The translations under genes and the position numbers were made by a program. The notes beneath the pieces were generated by a model, which did not search any database, was not told where the DNA came from, and was given only the letters and a program-made list of their open reading frames with translations. Below are positions 50,173-63,500 of a stretch of DNA of 64,000 nt, one piece after another. How positions within the stretch are numbered: the stretch's first letter is position 1; each line of letters starts with the position of its first letter. This DNA comes from Pocillopora damicornis (Eukaryota), in assembly GCF_003704095.1 (NCBI RefSeq), contig NW_020846475.1, positions 62,001 through 126,000 of the forward strand, in the 5' to 3' direction.

Positions 50173-53100
50173 TTAGAATCTGACCTATAAAGAAAAAAGT
50201 TTTACAATGCTTTATCAAGAAAGATGAAAAGCATTCTAAAATAAATGGCAGTCTATGACTGTATGTGCTTACTGTTGTATAGTTGTAATATATTGCAGTA
50301 AAAAAACAATGTGGTGCAAAATTCAGAGGGGTTGATGAACAGCTCTTATCACTGCCAAAATCAAGACAAAGGAGGACTTGGTTAGAACAGAGTTTGTACC
50401 CTTTTATTTTTGTTGACATGTTGTCAAGGCCAGAAAGGCTAACTTCACGAACGTTTAAGAAGAGTTATTAGGCTTGCCATTAATGAAAGAAGTCTATAGC
50501 TTGACTGAAGATCCCATCCCCTCATCTATTCATTATTTGCAGTTTATGTAGGTCTAGTGAGTTCAATCAAGGACAAACCAGTGCTTCAATTTACCTGACT
50601 GCCAGGGACAGGTCCAAATGGGTCGCCAGGCTGTGCAGGTCTCTGAGGTTGGAACGGTTGAGATGGAAACATGGAGCCCTGTTGTGGAGGGAACATTACT
50701 GGCTGACCGGGTGGCTTCACATGTTAAAACAAAAAAAGCAGACAGTGCCATAAGACCCCACAACAGCTACATGTAAACAAAAATTCATCCTTGCTTACAC
50801 TCTAACCATCTAAAAGGTAATTTGTCCAATTGATAGCCATACATTTCTTTGTTTGCTGGAGCAAGGAATATGTTGTTAAACATACATTAGTAACATCCTC
50901 CAAAAAAATTAATTTCATGCCCTGCTTAACGGGAACATCTAAATCTATTTACGAAACAATGGCAAAAATAACATTAATGATACTAATAACAATAGAGAAT
51001 CTATGAGAAACAAGATTTCTTTAGAAAGCAAAGAGCCAAAACAATGGGAAGGAATGAGAGAGAATGAAAAAATGAAAAATCTGCATGAGGGGTATCAACA
51101 TTTCCTTTCTCTCAATTTCAGTAACTTATTAATACTGTACATACCATGAAAGGCTGTGCCATTGGTTGAGGCTGTGCCATTGGTTGCGGCTGTGCAAAGG
51201 CTGATCTGAATCCAGTTGGCTGCTGCATTGATGGCATATTTGAAGCTGGTAAAGTTGTTTTTGCTGTAATGGGAGCCTGCCAGTTTGGTCCACCAGTTTT
51301 ACTCTGTGGTGCTGGAGCTGTCCATTGATGCTGTGTTCTACCAGCGGTACCCATAATGTTTCCATTGGTTAAGGAAAATGCATCTATAATTCATAAGAAA
51401 AAAGTCACTAACAGGTATCACATATTCAACAAAAAGATTTAATGAATTTTAATCAAGTACTCATGTTTGAAAAATTTTGCATGTACATGTAACATATCTG
51501 ATTTCTTTACTAGCCTGCATGCAGGCCATCATCATCAGCACTTCAGCTACCACAAGAAAGTATATGTCCTTGAGCAAAACAAATCGCTTGATAATTAATA
51601 GTGCCAGATCCCTGGCAAACAATGCCCCAACTCATTTAAAATCTTCCTGAGGGTGAGAAACATGTGCCTCATTATGTAAATAATGAGGTCCTACTAAACA
51701 GCTAATTCTTTATGTCAATTGTGAATACAGACTCTTGCCTGCAATTTTGTGGCACTGTGAATAGTTACCACCTTGCAAAATGTCACACTTTCAATGTTTG
51801 AAAAACTATTAATGTAACTAAATTTCACTGACCACAACTAATGAAGGTCAATGGTGGTTAATTTTAATCACTGAGAGTTCATTCTGAAAATCCTTTTCAA
51901 ATTGAGGGTGCTAATTCCTTGCTGTTTCAAATTAGAACTCTTTTGATTTAAGTTACTTGGGAATAGCTTCCTATTAAAATTAACCCATCTGTACCTTGAA
52001 AGCAAGGCTTGGGGTTGAAATTGTATTCCAATGTACACATGTATAATAATTATAATTTATTCAATTGGCACTCTCCAAATAACCTCAGCTGATCAACAGA
52101 TTTATATTGCGTACATTGTATATTCTCACCTAAAGACTTGGCAACTCTCTGCAGGCTGGAATGAAGGTCAGTTCCTGACTGCTCCCTGCTCATACCACTC
52201 TCCACCTGTGCTGGTGGAAGTCCTCCACCAGGAACTGTTGGGAGCAAGATGTCTCCCAGACCTTCATGACCTTGAACAGTGCTTTGTTTAGCACCAAAAA
52301 CTGCTGCAAACTCATCCTGTCCTTGGCTGTCAAATGGGTTTGTACTGCCGCTGCTGCTGGTGAAACCTGTTAACGTGCACAGTAACAAAAATTGTGATGT
52401 GTTCAAACAAGTATGAGAGAGTTGTCACACCTCCTCCAGAACACTATCCTCTTCTATAATATGGTTTCAGGACTACAGTACTATGAACAGACTAGGATGA
52501 TTTGCTGAGTGCTGATGAATAGGGCCGAAAATGTTAGTGCAAATTTGTGAATACCACAAATTGCTGTCACAGCTAGTTTGCCACACTCTCTGATAAAATA
52601 TGGTAGGACAGAGATCTGAAACCAGTAGGATTGCATCACTTTTCTACTCTTCTTCCTAAAATTTTTTGACAGTGGTAGTTGTTACATTTTTTGCAAATTA
52701 GATCAGACCCACCAAAATTGAATTTCACAGCTGAAGCTGTGACTGTCCCCACAAATATGTCTGAGATTTTAGGACAATAGCAAACTCCCCAGAACTTGAA
52801 ATTAATACATGTATGCGGTGTTGGGTCTAATTCTTGTTTGAGTTTTACATCCTCATTTCATGTCAAGTAGCTTTTCAGCTACTACACCTGGCTAATATCA
52901 TTCTGCTGAAGGCAGTGTTGCTCAAAGGGACTTACCACTGGAAGGAGCTTGGACTTGGGCTTGAGCACCCCAGGGTCCAGCCTGAGGAGCACCAAAACCA
53001 TTTGATGCTGAACCTGGTCCAAAACCTTGTGCAGCTGGAAAGCCTTGGCTGGGAGGGAAGGGATGACTCGGTGAAAAAGCTGCAGAACTTGGCAGTGAAG

Positions 53101-53282
53101 GAGCAGCAGCGAATGCAGCATTGAGTTGTAGAAGGTCATTGCTAGGAGATACTTGTGGGGCCACAGCAGGCTGGGCTGGTTCACCTAACAACTCCCACTG
53201 CTTAGGTTGGCCTGGTGGCTGAGTGGCTGCTTGTACTGGAGGTACTTGAATCTGTGTTCCAGAATCTTTTGCTTTCTATTTT

Positions 53283-53329
<47 letters not shown>

Positions 53330-56300
53330 ATAATAATAATAATATTAATAAAAACTATTTCCTTGGTTTCTTCTAGGGTGTTTTTGCAGGATTTCTGCAA
53401 CTTGGAAAGAAATGCTGCATGAAATCTACATCAGGAGGTCAAATATGGTGCAAAAAGTTGTGCCCAAGGATTTTCAATTATTAATAGTTAATAAAGATGA
53501 TACTAATGATCATGACACCCTTGAATGTCAAGCAGCATCTCAAAAAAAAACATGCCCACCTTAAAAGCTTCAAGATTTTTCTCCTCCTCATCAAGAAGAT
53601 CACTTTTCGGGCCAGCATCGGTAGCATCATCTCCTTCAAACCTAGTTGTAAACTTGCCAGCACTAAAAGCATCTGTTGCTGACGGTGGAAGGGTAATGCT
53701 TGGTATTGTCAATGGCCTGCAATCCAATACAGGGACTTTCCATCAACAACAAAAAAGACAACTTTACATGGTGCACCAGACAAATGTGTATCCTTAGCTC
53801 TGACAAAGGGCTAACCCTTGAAATGCCAGCTTCAGAAACTCTTTACAATGGCCAATTCACATAATAACCTCAGTTGAAGATACAGATACATTGTACATTA
53901 GAAAAAAAAAAAAGCAGACACTATAGGACAGAGTAACAATCAAGTCAAGTGAATCATGATAGACTTATTTATGTATATAGTACCACTTACTTTGATGTAG
54001 GTGGGTTAGTTGTCTTTCCTTTCTCTAACGATTGCAAGTGGTTTTCAAGGGCATCCAAAAGGCTGTTAGGTGCCTAAAGGAAAAAAAATTACCATGAGCA
54101 ATTTTGATGGCAAAGCTTAAAGTTGAACATTGTTTACAGTGACTGCAACTGAGAGATAATTATTTCACTTCCATGCTAAGAAAGGACCACAGTTTTATAA
54201 TAATACATGTTCTTATAAAAGGTTTAAGACCACTTCATCCCTCTCTGCAAAAAGACAACCACAATGGCTTCCAAGAAAAGATAATTTTGAGCTTTTCTGA
54301 TAGACTACCTTACTAAGATCAGGGATATCATCCTTGTCAAAACCAACATCTTCTGCAACTTTCAAAAACTCAGACACTCTGTCCATGCGAGTTATAAATT
54401 TCTTATAGATGTCAAGTGCCTCCTTGCAAGATTTCTTGTTCATGTCAAAGTACTTCTCTGTAAAAAAAAAAAAAATAATAAATCCAAAATTATAAAAAAG
54501 CCTATTTTGTTGAAAGCTTTCTTCAGACTCTTTTATGAAGCAGTAATTGATGGAGGTCCCATGAGGAAATTGTACATTGTTGTGTAATATTTCTGAAAGT
54601 ATGTGAATAAAGGTGAATCTGAAAAAGGGAGGGTGTATTTGATAGACACAGGAATGGCCACTAAGAATTCAAAATGTAAAAAACAATCCATTAAACATTT
54701 TAATTAACTACCAGTACAATTCATTATTAATATCCATTTACAAATCTAGAAAGCAAGTAATTTTTCTCTAAAAGAAAACAGTGAGTAATTTCTCAAAGTT
54801 CCAACAGCGATCAATTTTGATGAAGAGCTAGTTCTCATTAGATCTATGCCTCCATTGCACTGTAGAGGGTGGTGGTGGAGATGGTTGGGGGNNNNNNNNN
54901 NAAACTTTAAAGCAAAGGGGATACAGGATAAAATAGAAGGAAATGTTAGGAGAGGGTTTTGAAAGGTAAAAAGAGGAATTATAGGTAGGAGCATGTTTCC
55001 ACTCTTGCATCACTTATCTGCATACATAATACAGATACAAATAGGAGGATTTAAGAACATTATCAAATATAAACTTCAACATAGTCACTTACCAAGCAAA
55101 TTTATAATTCCATCATTGTAGCAGGCAAATAACCTGATTAAGTCCTAATGACAAAAGAAAACAAACTTCAAGGTTATGATAATCTTTGACGAGCCATCCT
55201 TAAAAAAAAAAAAAATTAATGTAAGAGATTTCACTATCTACCCCTTTAGATTACTCAGTTTTTGCATTAAGTATACACATGACATTTTACAAATTTTACT
55301 GCTTTTTAACACATTTGCTAAATGTGTATAAGCATATTTAAACATATTTACTAAAGACATTTCAATCAAAAAGGTCAATCAGGACCATAAAAAAAAAAAG
55401 AAAATCTGGCTAGTTATCCAAGGAAATTTGATTTTACTTGGTGCTTTCGAGCTACATGTATCACCATATAACCAAAAATTCTTTTTTTTTTTTACCTTAA
55501 ACAGAAGTACAAAAACACTGTTTATCACACCATTTGTCAATTCACTTGATTTAATCTGAAAAAGAAAAATTACAAATAAGTAAAGCTATGATTTGCATGA
55601 CCTAATTTAGTATGTCCAAAAGTTGTAAGGTTAATATAGAAATGGGCTACCTATCAGATAAATTGTTAAATAAGGTATACCATAACATCACTGATCCAAA
55701 CTGCAAGTATTTCGGTTGCCATGTGTAATCACTAGATTTGCTGAAGAAGTCGCCAAATTGGTGACCCTCGTTCCCAGTAAAAGTTAAGTTTGGTAGATGT
55801 AAAAATAAATGTAGCGCATGCTTTATTCAATATCATCAACACTAAGACTGGGCTTGGCTAAAGCTCGAGCCTTACCCGATATAAAAATTTTTGCATGTCT
55901 GCGAGCTGTCTGCATGTCTAAAGAAGAGCTGCATTCCAAGTGCTTTGTCCTTCACTATTGTTTTGCATGCAATAATTAAATAGTTTTTAAATAGTTTTCT
56001 CAATACTGCAGTTCCAGATCCAGTTCTCCAAGTGTCTTGTTCCTCCATTCTCAATAGTTTTGAGTAAAGGATCAAGGATCGAGTTGAAACAAATTACTTT
56101 TGAGCAGTACTGTACAACACTCACTGTTAATGGTTTAAAATTACAGTAAGAAAGACATTTGTGCACCATAAAAGCATGTCATAAGGTGAAAATGATTGGT
56201 TCCACCTACACTGAAAAATGTATATAAATTTGTATGTGTAACCCCTAATACTAAATTTGTGTTGATTGCTTGAGGATTTAGGTTGCTATTTGGCAACAAT

Positions 56301-59212
56301 AGAAAGAGTTAAGTCTGGAGCCCTGAAAAAACATATGGTTTAATGAATTACTGGTAAAAAAAATAACAGAGGATAGTTGGATACAAAAAAAGTTAAACAT
56401 ACATCCACTTCAAGAAGAGCATCAATTTGCTGCTGCAGTACTGGGAGGGCTTTGAGAAGCTGTTGATGAAAAAAGAGGCAAAGGAAGACAATTAAAAACA
56501 CAGGGATGCTTCCCTTGGAAGAATAATTTCTTTGGATGGGTGGGTTGAAATGAGACACTAAAAGTAATTAAAAAATGTTGCCTATATTTGAATTTCAAGC
56601 TATCCTTTTTCCTATTGTCATTGTTTTAATCAAATAATTCAAGATAATCTCTATCTAGCCAACAAAATGGCTTTTCACCAGATCAAGTCTTGGTTTGGTC
56701 ACTTGGCCAAACAAAAACAAAGTTTGCATCATAAATACATTGTAGTATCATTAAAAAACTTAAGACACCTACTTTGGGAGCATCCATTGTTCTTAAAACA
56801 CCTTCTTCTTTTCTGTAAGAAAAATGAATTGTTTTGAAAGTCAAATGTATTTAATGTAACTTGCATAAAAATATGTTCTAATGCAATCTTTTCTTACCCT
56901 CTTTTGATTCGGCAAAAGTCATATCCCATTTCTGTGTAGGAAGTAGCTTTCTCATTTAAGTATTTTCCATATCTCCTTACAAATGTTGACATGTCATATC
57001 CTTTACAAAAATATCAAATGATGCAATTGAGTTTATATAAATAAACCATGGAATAAAATGGAAAGAACAAAGCCTAGGACACTTTAACACCTAGAATGCC
57101 TTCAATTTTTATGATGTACTATATCTACTACACTGTAGTTTCCCCATAGCTGAAAAAAGCCATACAGATGATGCCAAATATCTTAATTTTAAAGGTGGAA
57201 CACAGTCTGGGTATTTCACTGATAAAAGAGATTAGAAATTGAAAATAAATCTAGCAATACAACTTGAAGTAAAACAATGATATCACTCACCCTGAACACC
57301 ACTTTTGTCAAGAAAGTTACCAAGACTGAAGTTTGACGTTCTTGAAGCCATGTATTGGATGAATCTCTGTGAAAAAGATGAGCAGAGTATGAATGGACAT
57401 GCATCATGCAAAATAAATGATGAATATCTATTAGTCATGTGATTAGTAATGACTTCCATTGTTTATAATTTGTCTAGTATTTTTCAAATAAAGTGACAGC
57501 ACCAGAAAATAACCCTTATAAAGATCAATAACATCTTGAAATGTTTCTCTTAAGAAAAAAAAAACTAAACTCACTACTACATTTTTAAATACAGAAATAT
57601 TCTACTGCACATGTTCATTGATGCACTATAACAACACTTTCAACCGTTTTTATCAAAGTTCCACGACACCTTCTCAGGTGGAAATGAAAAGATTCAGATG
57701 AAAGGCGAGAAACATACGCCATAAATATGTAAATTACATCCTTGTGTTGACATGGAATACGATATGGGCAAAGAGGAATTTTTGTTCAGCAATGAAACAG
57801 AAATGCTTCAAAAATAATTTCAATGGAAACAAGAATTGAGTAAGTAATCGATACGACAGAAATCCCACAATAAGATTTATCTCTTGATCGACACAGGAGA
57901 TAAATGATGAGCTATCTGGATAATTAAGGTGCCAGATAAACATAATTCGCACCGGTTGAAAGCTCGAAACCTACATAGATGAATGACAATGGAACGTTAC
58001 CTCACTTACGAAAGAAACAAGCGATGAAAAAAACGACACCGTGAAAATATCTCCCATTTGACTGAAGCATAATATTCAAACGAAGCTAACTGAAAATAAC
58101 ATGAATATAAAGTTCCGAAATTAACGAACACTTTCCCATCGCAACTTTTATTTTCACACAAGGTTCGGCAAACCCCCAAACTTATTTTAGGGGCGTGATT
58201 GAGCTAATATAACTAAAAGAAAAAAACAGTTCTTTATTCTTCTCATCAATAATTGAGAGTGCTTCAGCAGTGATAGTATTCCTGATTACGTTCGGTTTAA
58301 TTTTTAAGGAATTTTCCTGAAGTTGCAACTTCCAACGAGTTTTAACTTTCGTGGGTTTTCTCGTGGGACATTTCATTGACCTATAAAAACAAGATAACTT
58401 TATTGCTTTTACAATGAGCCCCATATTTTAGAGGTTACCATAAACAAGCTTACTTGAAATTATTTTTCCCACTAATATGACACAAAACACGGTTATATAA
58501 TTCCCAACAAGATAAACGCCAAATTTGACAAAAAATTGTGATCGATGTTACCTTGCTACGAAGAAAACAGACAGAGAACTGAGTAATTTAACAACATCTT
58601 TCAAAAGGCGAAACTTCGATCGAAGACATAAAATATGATAGTTATTTGGAAAAAGTAGAACTTAAATTTTTTTTGCGAGACACCAATGTCTGATTATAGG
58701 TGACATCGGATACTGGTACAAACGCTAACTTGTGTGTACGAACTTTCGTAGCGTTTGCATGTGTCTAACCGATTACAGATGCCTCATTCTGTTATCACTG
58801 AGGGATATCTTTACCAGAGAAATTCTTAGAGAGATGCATGATCCATAACTTACCTCATTCCCATAAGACATCAAGTGATGGAAAGTGCATTCGGCTTTGA
58901 AAACTACTACCCAACTGGAATTCGTGCATCTTTCAAATATTAAATCCGCCAGGTTTGGAATCGAGACATTGTCATTCTGTGTGCAGGAGGTTAGATCTGA
59001 AGAGCAAAATATATCAATAAAAGATTCATCAACTACCGTCAACTCTGAACTAGTAAAATATCAGAGACATTTAGTCAAAGAGCAAACTTACAATCCAAGT
59101 GCTTCCTTTTCGGTCCCATAACTTCGCGGCTCGACGCTTTGCAAACGATTTTGGCTATATAAGAGCCAGTTATCGAGTGTTTAGCAGCGTCTAATCTATC
59201 AACTACCGACAT
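50173..59212 (-). CDS. PICALM: Phosphatidylinositol-binding clathrin assembly protein (CALM/AP180 family, ANTH domain), 16 exons
   Basis: Exons 59212-59092, 58996-58854, 57366-57291, 57000-56898, 56812-56773, 56459-56403, 55555-55496, 55144-55093, 54457-54309, 54073-53991, 53716-53560, 53275-52936, 52366-52130, 51383-51145, 50702-50595, 50184-50173. ANTH motifs [56 protein letters not shown] and IPDLSKAPNSLL. The Pro/Gln-rich tail has DLL, NPF and DPF motifs and ends VRF*. Confidence 0.93.
53284..53344. repeat. (TAA)n microsatellite next to a PICALM 3' splice site
   Basis: Read directly in the sequence. Confidence 0.95.
53797..53883 (+). mobile_element. Degenerate hammerhead/Penelope repeat fragment (PICALM intron)
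   Basis: gctctgacaaagggctaacccttgaaatgccagctt..ctctttacaatggccaatt, showing CpG-decay-type changes. Confidence 0.55.
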
Positions 59213-59304
59213 AATTGCAAAGGAGAGGCAAAAACCCTTGATAATCAGGCAGAAATTAAAGTAAACAAGGGGTTCGGTATGCCTCGTTTGATGACACAGA
59301 AAAT

Positions 59305-59378
59305 AAGATGGCCGACAATATCCTTATTTAACCACGTGACCAAAGAAGTGATTTGACGATAAAAGCGACACGTGACCT
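59305..59378 (-). promoter_or_regulatory. PICALM proximal promoter with two GTCACGTG (CLEAR/E-box-like) motifs and an AAGATGGC YY1-like motif
   Basis: CACGTGAC at 59333-59340 and 59369-59376, and AAGATGGCCG at 59305-59314. All lie within ~170 bp of the ATG in a CpG-retaining region. Confidence 0.5.
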
Positions 59379-60530
59379 AGAAGGCGTTTTGAGGGCCGGA
59401 TCAGGCAAGAACAGAAGACCGATAGCCCCTAAATAAACAACATTTGATCTATTTCCTCCCGGATAAGGCAAAGACCGATTAATAATTGCGCTTCTTGAGA
59501 AACTTGTCGCTTTATTCATCCACCGCCTTCAAGTTACGACTGGTGGATAAGACAAGAAATAGAATCATGCGGACGTATGACGAGAAAACCAGAAACTAAT
59601 TTCCCTGCATGACTCCTGCTCTTAGCTTGTTTCAAGCTTTAAATCCATTAACATAATCTTTTTTTTCATGATCAGTTTGTTTCCTGTGCTCGCTTTTTTG
59701 CCCTCTTTCTGTTTAAATTGGGAACAACACTTTGATTCTGAACTATATGCTCAGAACATGCATAAACAAATCAAAACAAAACGAAAACGGGAAAAAAATT
59801 AACACAAAATAAAGCAGAGTTGACTGCCAAATGCGTAGGCGTGTTCAATCAGGCGGGGGCAAAGCGCAGGTACCCCTGAATATTCCTTATCACAGTATTA
59901 CTGTCACGTCTTTCGTCAAGACAATTACACAGTGTTCGTTTTCAAAGGGTTTGCTTCTGCCTTGTGGGCATGAGGGGGCAAGTTAATGCAAAATTCTTTG
60001 TCTTGATTGGGAAATTTGGGCAAATATCCAGTCACCTTTACAATGTAGTGCTTGGTCACTGAAGCATCTCTACAAACGCTTTTACGGAGGGTTGCTGCTG
60101 TTTCTACCGACATTTAACTGAATGCGTTGAACCACTGAGGTGATTTTCCGGCACATGCCAACTAAACATCCACGTAAATGACGATTTATTACTATCTTCA
60201 GTTAAAATATTTTCAAATTGAAACGTTTATATACAATTTATGATCTCTAAGGTCTTGTAAAAGTTCAAAATGTGTCTCCTGCTTCCACAGCGATAACGTT
60301 CTAGTTATCTATTGAGCCATAACAATCTACTCTTTGCGCGCGCAGCAGTTGGAGTTTGAAGACTTCGTGAGCGTTTCCAGCCAAAACTTGAAAGATCGAC
60401 GAATTCATTTTCCTGACGTCGCGTACTACGGTTCTTCATTCTCTGAACATATTTGAGGAAAGACAGTCTTTCCTCCCCGGTTTTTGTAGATCTTCTTGCT
60501 GCCACTCCGCGCAAAACAAAGCTCAGCTCT

Positions 60531-63500
60531 TTATCGTTTAACCCTGAAAATGAATACAGCAAAATGTGGTCGAGAAAATAGAAGAAGCATTTAGGACTGG
60601 AATAATATATAGATTTAACCAAGCCTAAAAGCGGAGCTCGCATTTTTTTTCCCGCACGTCTCAGGACTAAAACCCGGGTCGTCCGACTCGGAGCCCAGTG
60701 CACTGACCATTGGACTACTGGACAAAGCCGTGGCGTTGGCGTGCCCGCGGTACAGTTGACCACGCATGTTAAAAGTAGCACCTTGAACGGTCGTACGGTC
60801 GTACGGTCGTACGGTCGTACGGTCGTACGGTCGTACGGTCGTACGGTCGTACGGTCGTACGGTCGTACGGTCGTAAGGCCGTACAACCAAATTTTTTCGG
60901 CTTGATGGGTTACTACTATTTTGTATAATTATGGGGCTGCGCTCTGCGAGCTCCGCTATAAATTAAAAATTAGCTTTCCCTTTGGGACTGCATGGAAAAG
61001 AGACTTATCTGGGGAACGGCCGGGGAGGAAAATATACGACTAAGGAATAGCTGCTTGGTAGTTTTCATTAATACTGGACTCACGGGGAAAGGGGCAAGAG
61101 GCACTGCCCAAACAAGCTATGGATGTCCCACTATGCCTGAATTTGAAAACGGGTGTGAAAAGGTAATGTTTTAGTCTGAAATAGGGTCAGGGGATTGGGG
61201 TACAGTGCAGCAAACTCCTTCGAAGATAACTAAGGGGTAACCTCCCCTTTTCTTCCCATTCAAAAGGCCGTCTAAAGCCTGTTCTGACACTAACATGTCT
61301 TCAGATGTCTTCATATCACGCAGAGCACTAGAGAGTGTTTTGTGGGAAATAGTTGATGGGAAAAAAAAGATGAGACCCTCTCTTGCTTTCTTCTTCTAAT
61401 CAAATTTCACGCTACCTGACTGTTTTAGCCATGGGTACGACTAGGGGACAAGTCAGCTTCTACAAATAATGGCTACCTGTGGGGTATTTCTATATACTCA
61501 AATTACATGACTTCCCCTCGCACAAATTACTTCACGTTCTAAGCCCCATGAATGTGGCATCTTACAAAGAATTTAAACCTTCAATGAAGAGGTCATTTAG
61601 GACACATTCCTACTTCGACGAAACTCATCGCCTGGAACAGAAGTTGTTACTCCTTCCTTTCTAACATTAGCAGATTAAAGGGCTGAAAAAGAAAAAAAAA
61701 AAAAAATGTAATATGGAGTAACTAAAACATTTCTGCGTCTTACCAGGCAAACTTCTTTCTGGCTCTCTTCTGACCGGGCTTCTTCCTCTCCCTTATCCGT
61801 GGATCCTTCATCAATAAATGAGCTGAAAAATAATCAAAAGCAGCTCTTCTACTAAAATTTCTCTTGTTAACCAAGACATCTGCAATCTGAGGTAAACATG
61901 TCCCTCTTTAACCCTAAATAAAGGGAGTAAGTTTCTAAAGAAACTGCGGTAGGGGAGGGGAGGGTAGGGGAGTATAACAAGAACATTGGGTTTTATCAGT
62001 TGAGTTGATAATGTAAATTGTTCATCGTTAAGTGTTTCTATGCTGACGTTACGATCGTTAGCCCTTCTTCAGAGCGATCCTCCCTTATTACACAAACACA
62101 CACACACACACACACATAACGAAAAAACCCAAAACATCGTTCCTTAAGAGCTTAAGCGATAACATTATCAATAAAAGAGGAGGCCTTGGATTACAGCCAT
62201 CCAGTTTTATTTCAGTTTGAACCCGCATCTTGTATTTTTGATACCCCGGCCCCAGAGTAACACCTTTCACCTTTCGAATTTTGGTCCTGACACACGACGG
62301 AAAAACCTACCCTTGGCCTTGAAAAGCTACAGAAATTCCCGTAACAAAGATGGGAATTGACATATTTTGGCTCGCACTAATTACGAATCGAAGATAGAAA
62401 TAGACAAAACGAGCCTCGTACCTTCTTCAAGTGATTCCAAATAGCTGTCCTCAAAGTTAAGAAGAGCCCTACTGATAGCAAGCCTGATAGCACCAGACTG
62501 ACCTAAACGGATAAAATCAAGAGTATAAAATGAGATTACAACGTATTAGCAAACACATGCACCTTTCTTAGTTCCCAGGGTTCCCAAGCATTCACTTTCT
62601 TTGTACGAACGGACAAGAAACAAATGTTAAAGATGGCCTTATTCCGCACCTTATTATCATGGACTACGGTAGCCAGTGCCAGTTTGTTGTAAATTCCGAA
62701 AACCGTGGCGAGGGAACCAACCGTTTGAGTGTTAAGAAGTCTAACGGCAACAAATGATTTGGTTTCAAATAGCCTTTGGAATTCTACATCGGTTAGTCTT
62801 CTTTCTCTACTGATGATAATGGATGGAAATTGTACAACTAAATAATATAGTGTCGTAAAAAACCAAACCAGAGTCACAGTTATCGCAACGGCAAATCAGA
62901 ATAAGGATGGATAACACAAAGAAAGACAAATCTGCAACAACAACAAACTGCCTGACGCGCGAGACACGCGAGTGACCACGTAGCAATTAGTCTCCGTCTT
63001 ACGTTCGATTGGTCGAGAAAGTCAATGGCGCGAGTTTTGTAGCCCAATCAAAGGGAAAAATCAAAGTGAAGACTAACCAATGGACGGAATTTCTCACCTG
63101 AGTGTCCTCCTCCAAGAACTTCACTTCTCACATCATAGTCACCTACTGCATTAATGGCGAGGAATGGCGACATGATTTGCTTTCTAAAATGGGAGATAAC
63201 GAGAGAATTAAGTTGTAAAAAAAACGACTGAGACAAGAAAATTATCGGTGCGGAATCAAAATGTATATTTCGCAGGGCCTTGTACACTCATCCATGCTGT
63301 AACTGAGACCTGTCGCTCAACAGTTGAAGCTTTCCGATTGAGTCTCGTAGGACAAAAACCTAAACATTCCGAGCAACCAATAACAGCAACGGTAAATGTT
63401 ACAAGGAGCCCAAGGGAACGCAAAGCAAAAGCAAAAGGCAAACTGCATCTCTGATAACGAGGGCCTGCTCGCAAGCTATGCTTTCACTAAGAGCGGTTGT

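Noticed and set aside
53185-53400. ORF with a poly-Ile/Leu transmembrane-like run
   Set aside because: Produced by the (TAA)n microsatellite and out of frame with PICALM.
60655-60725. Functional tRNA gene
   Set aside because: The B-box is degenerate, no complete cloverleaf is evident, and it lies within a repeat. Treated as SINE or tRNA-derived.
60305-60890. 193-aa and 91-aa ORFs with TTVRPYDR repeats; also considered as a CRISPR-like array
   Set aside because: These are translations of an 8-bp tandem repeat inside an intronic mobile element. There are no spacers and no cas genes, and the context is eukaryotic.
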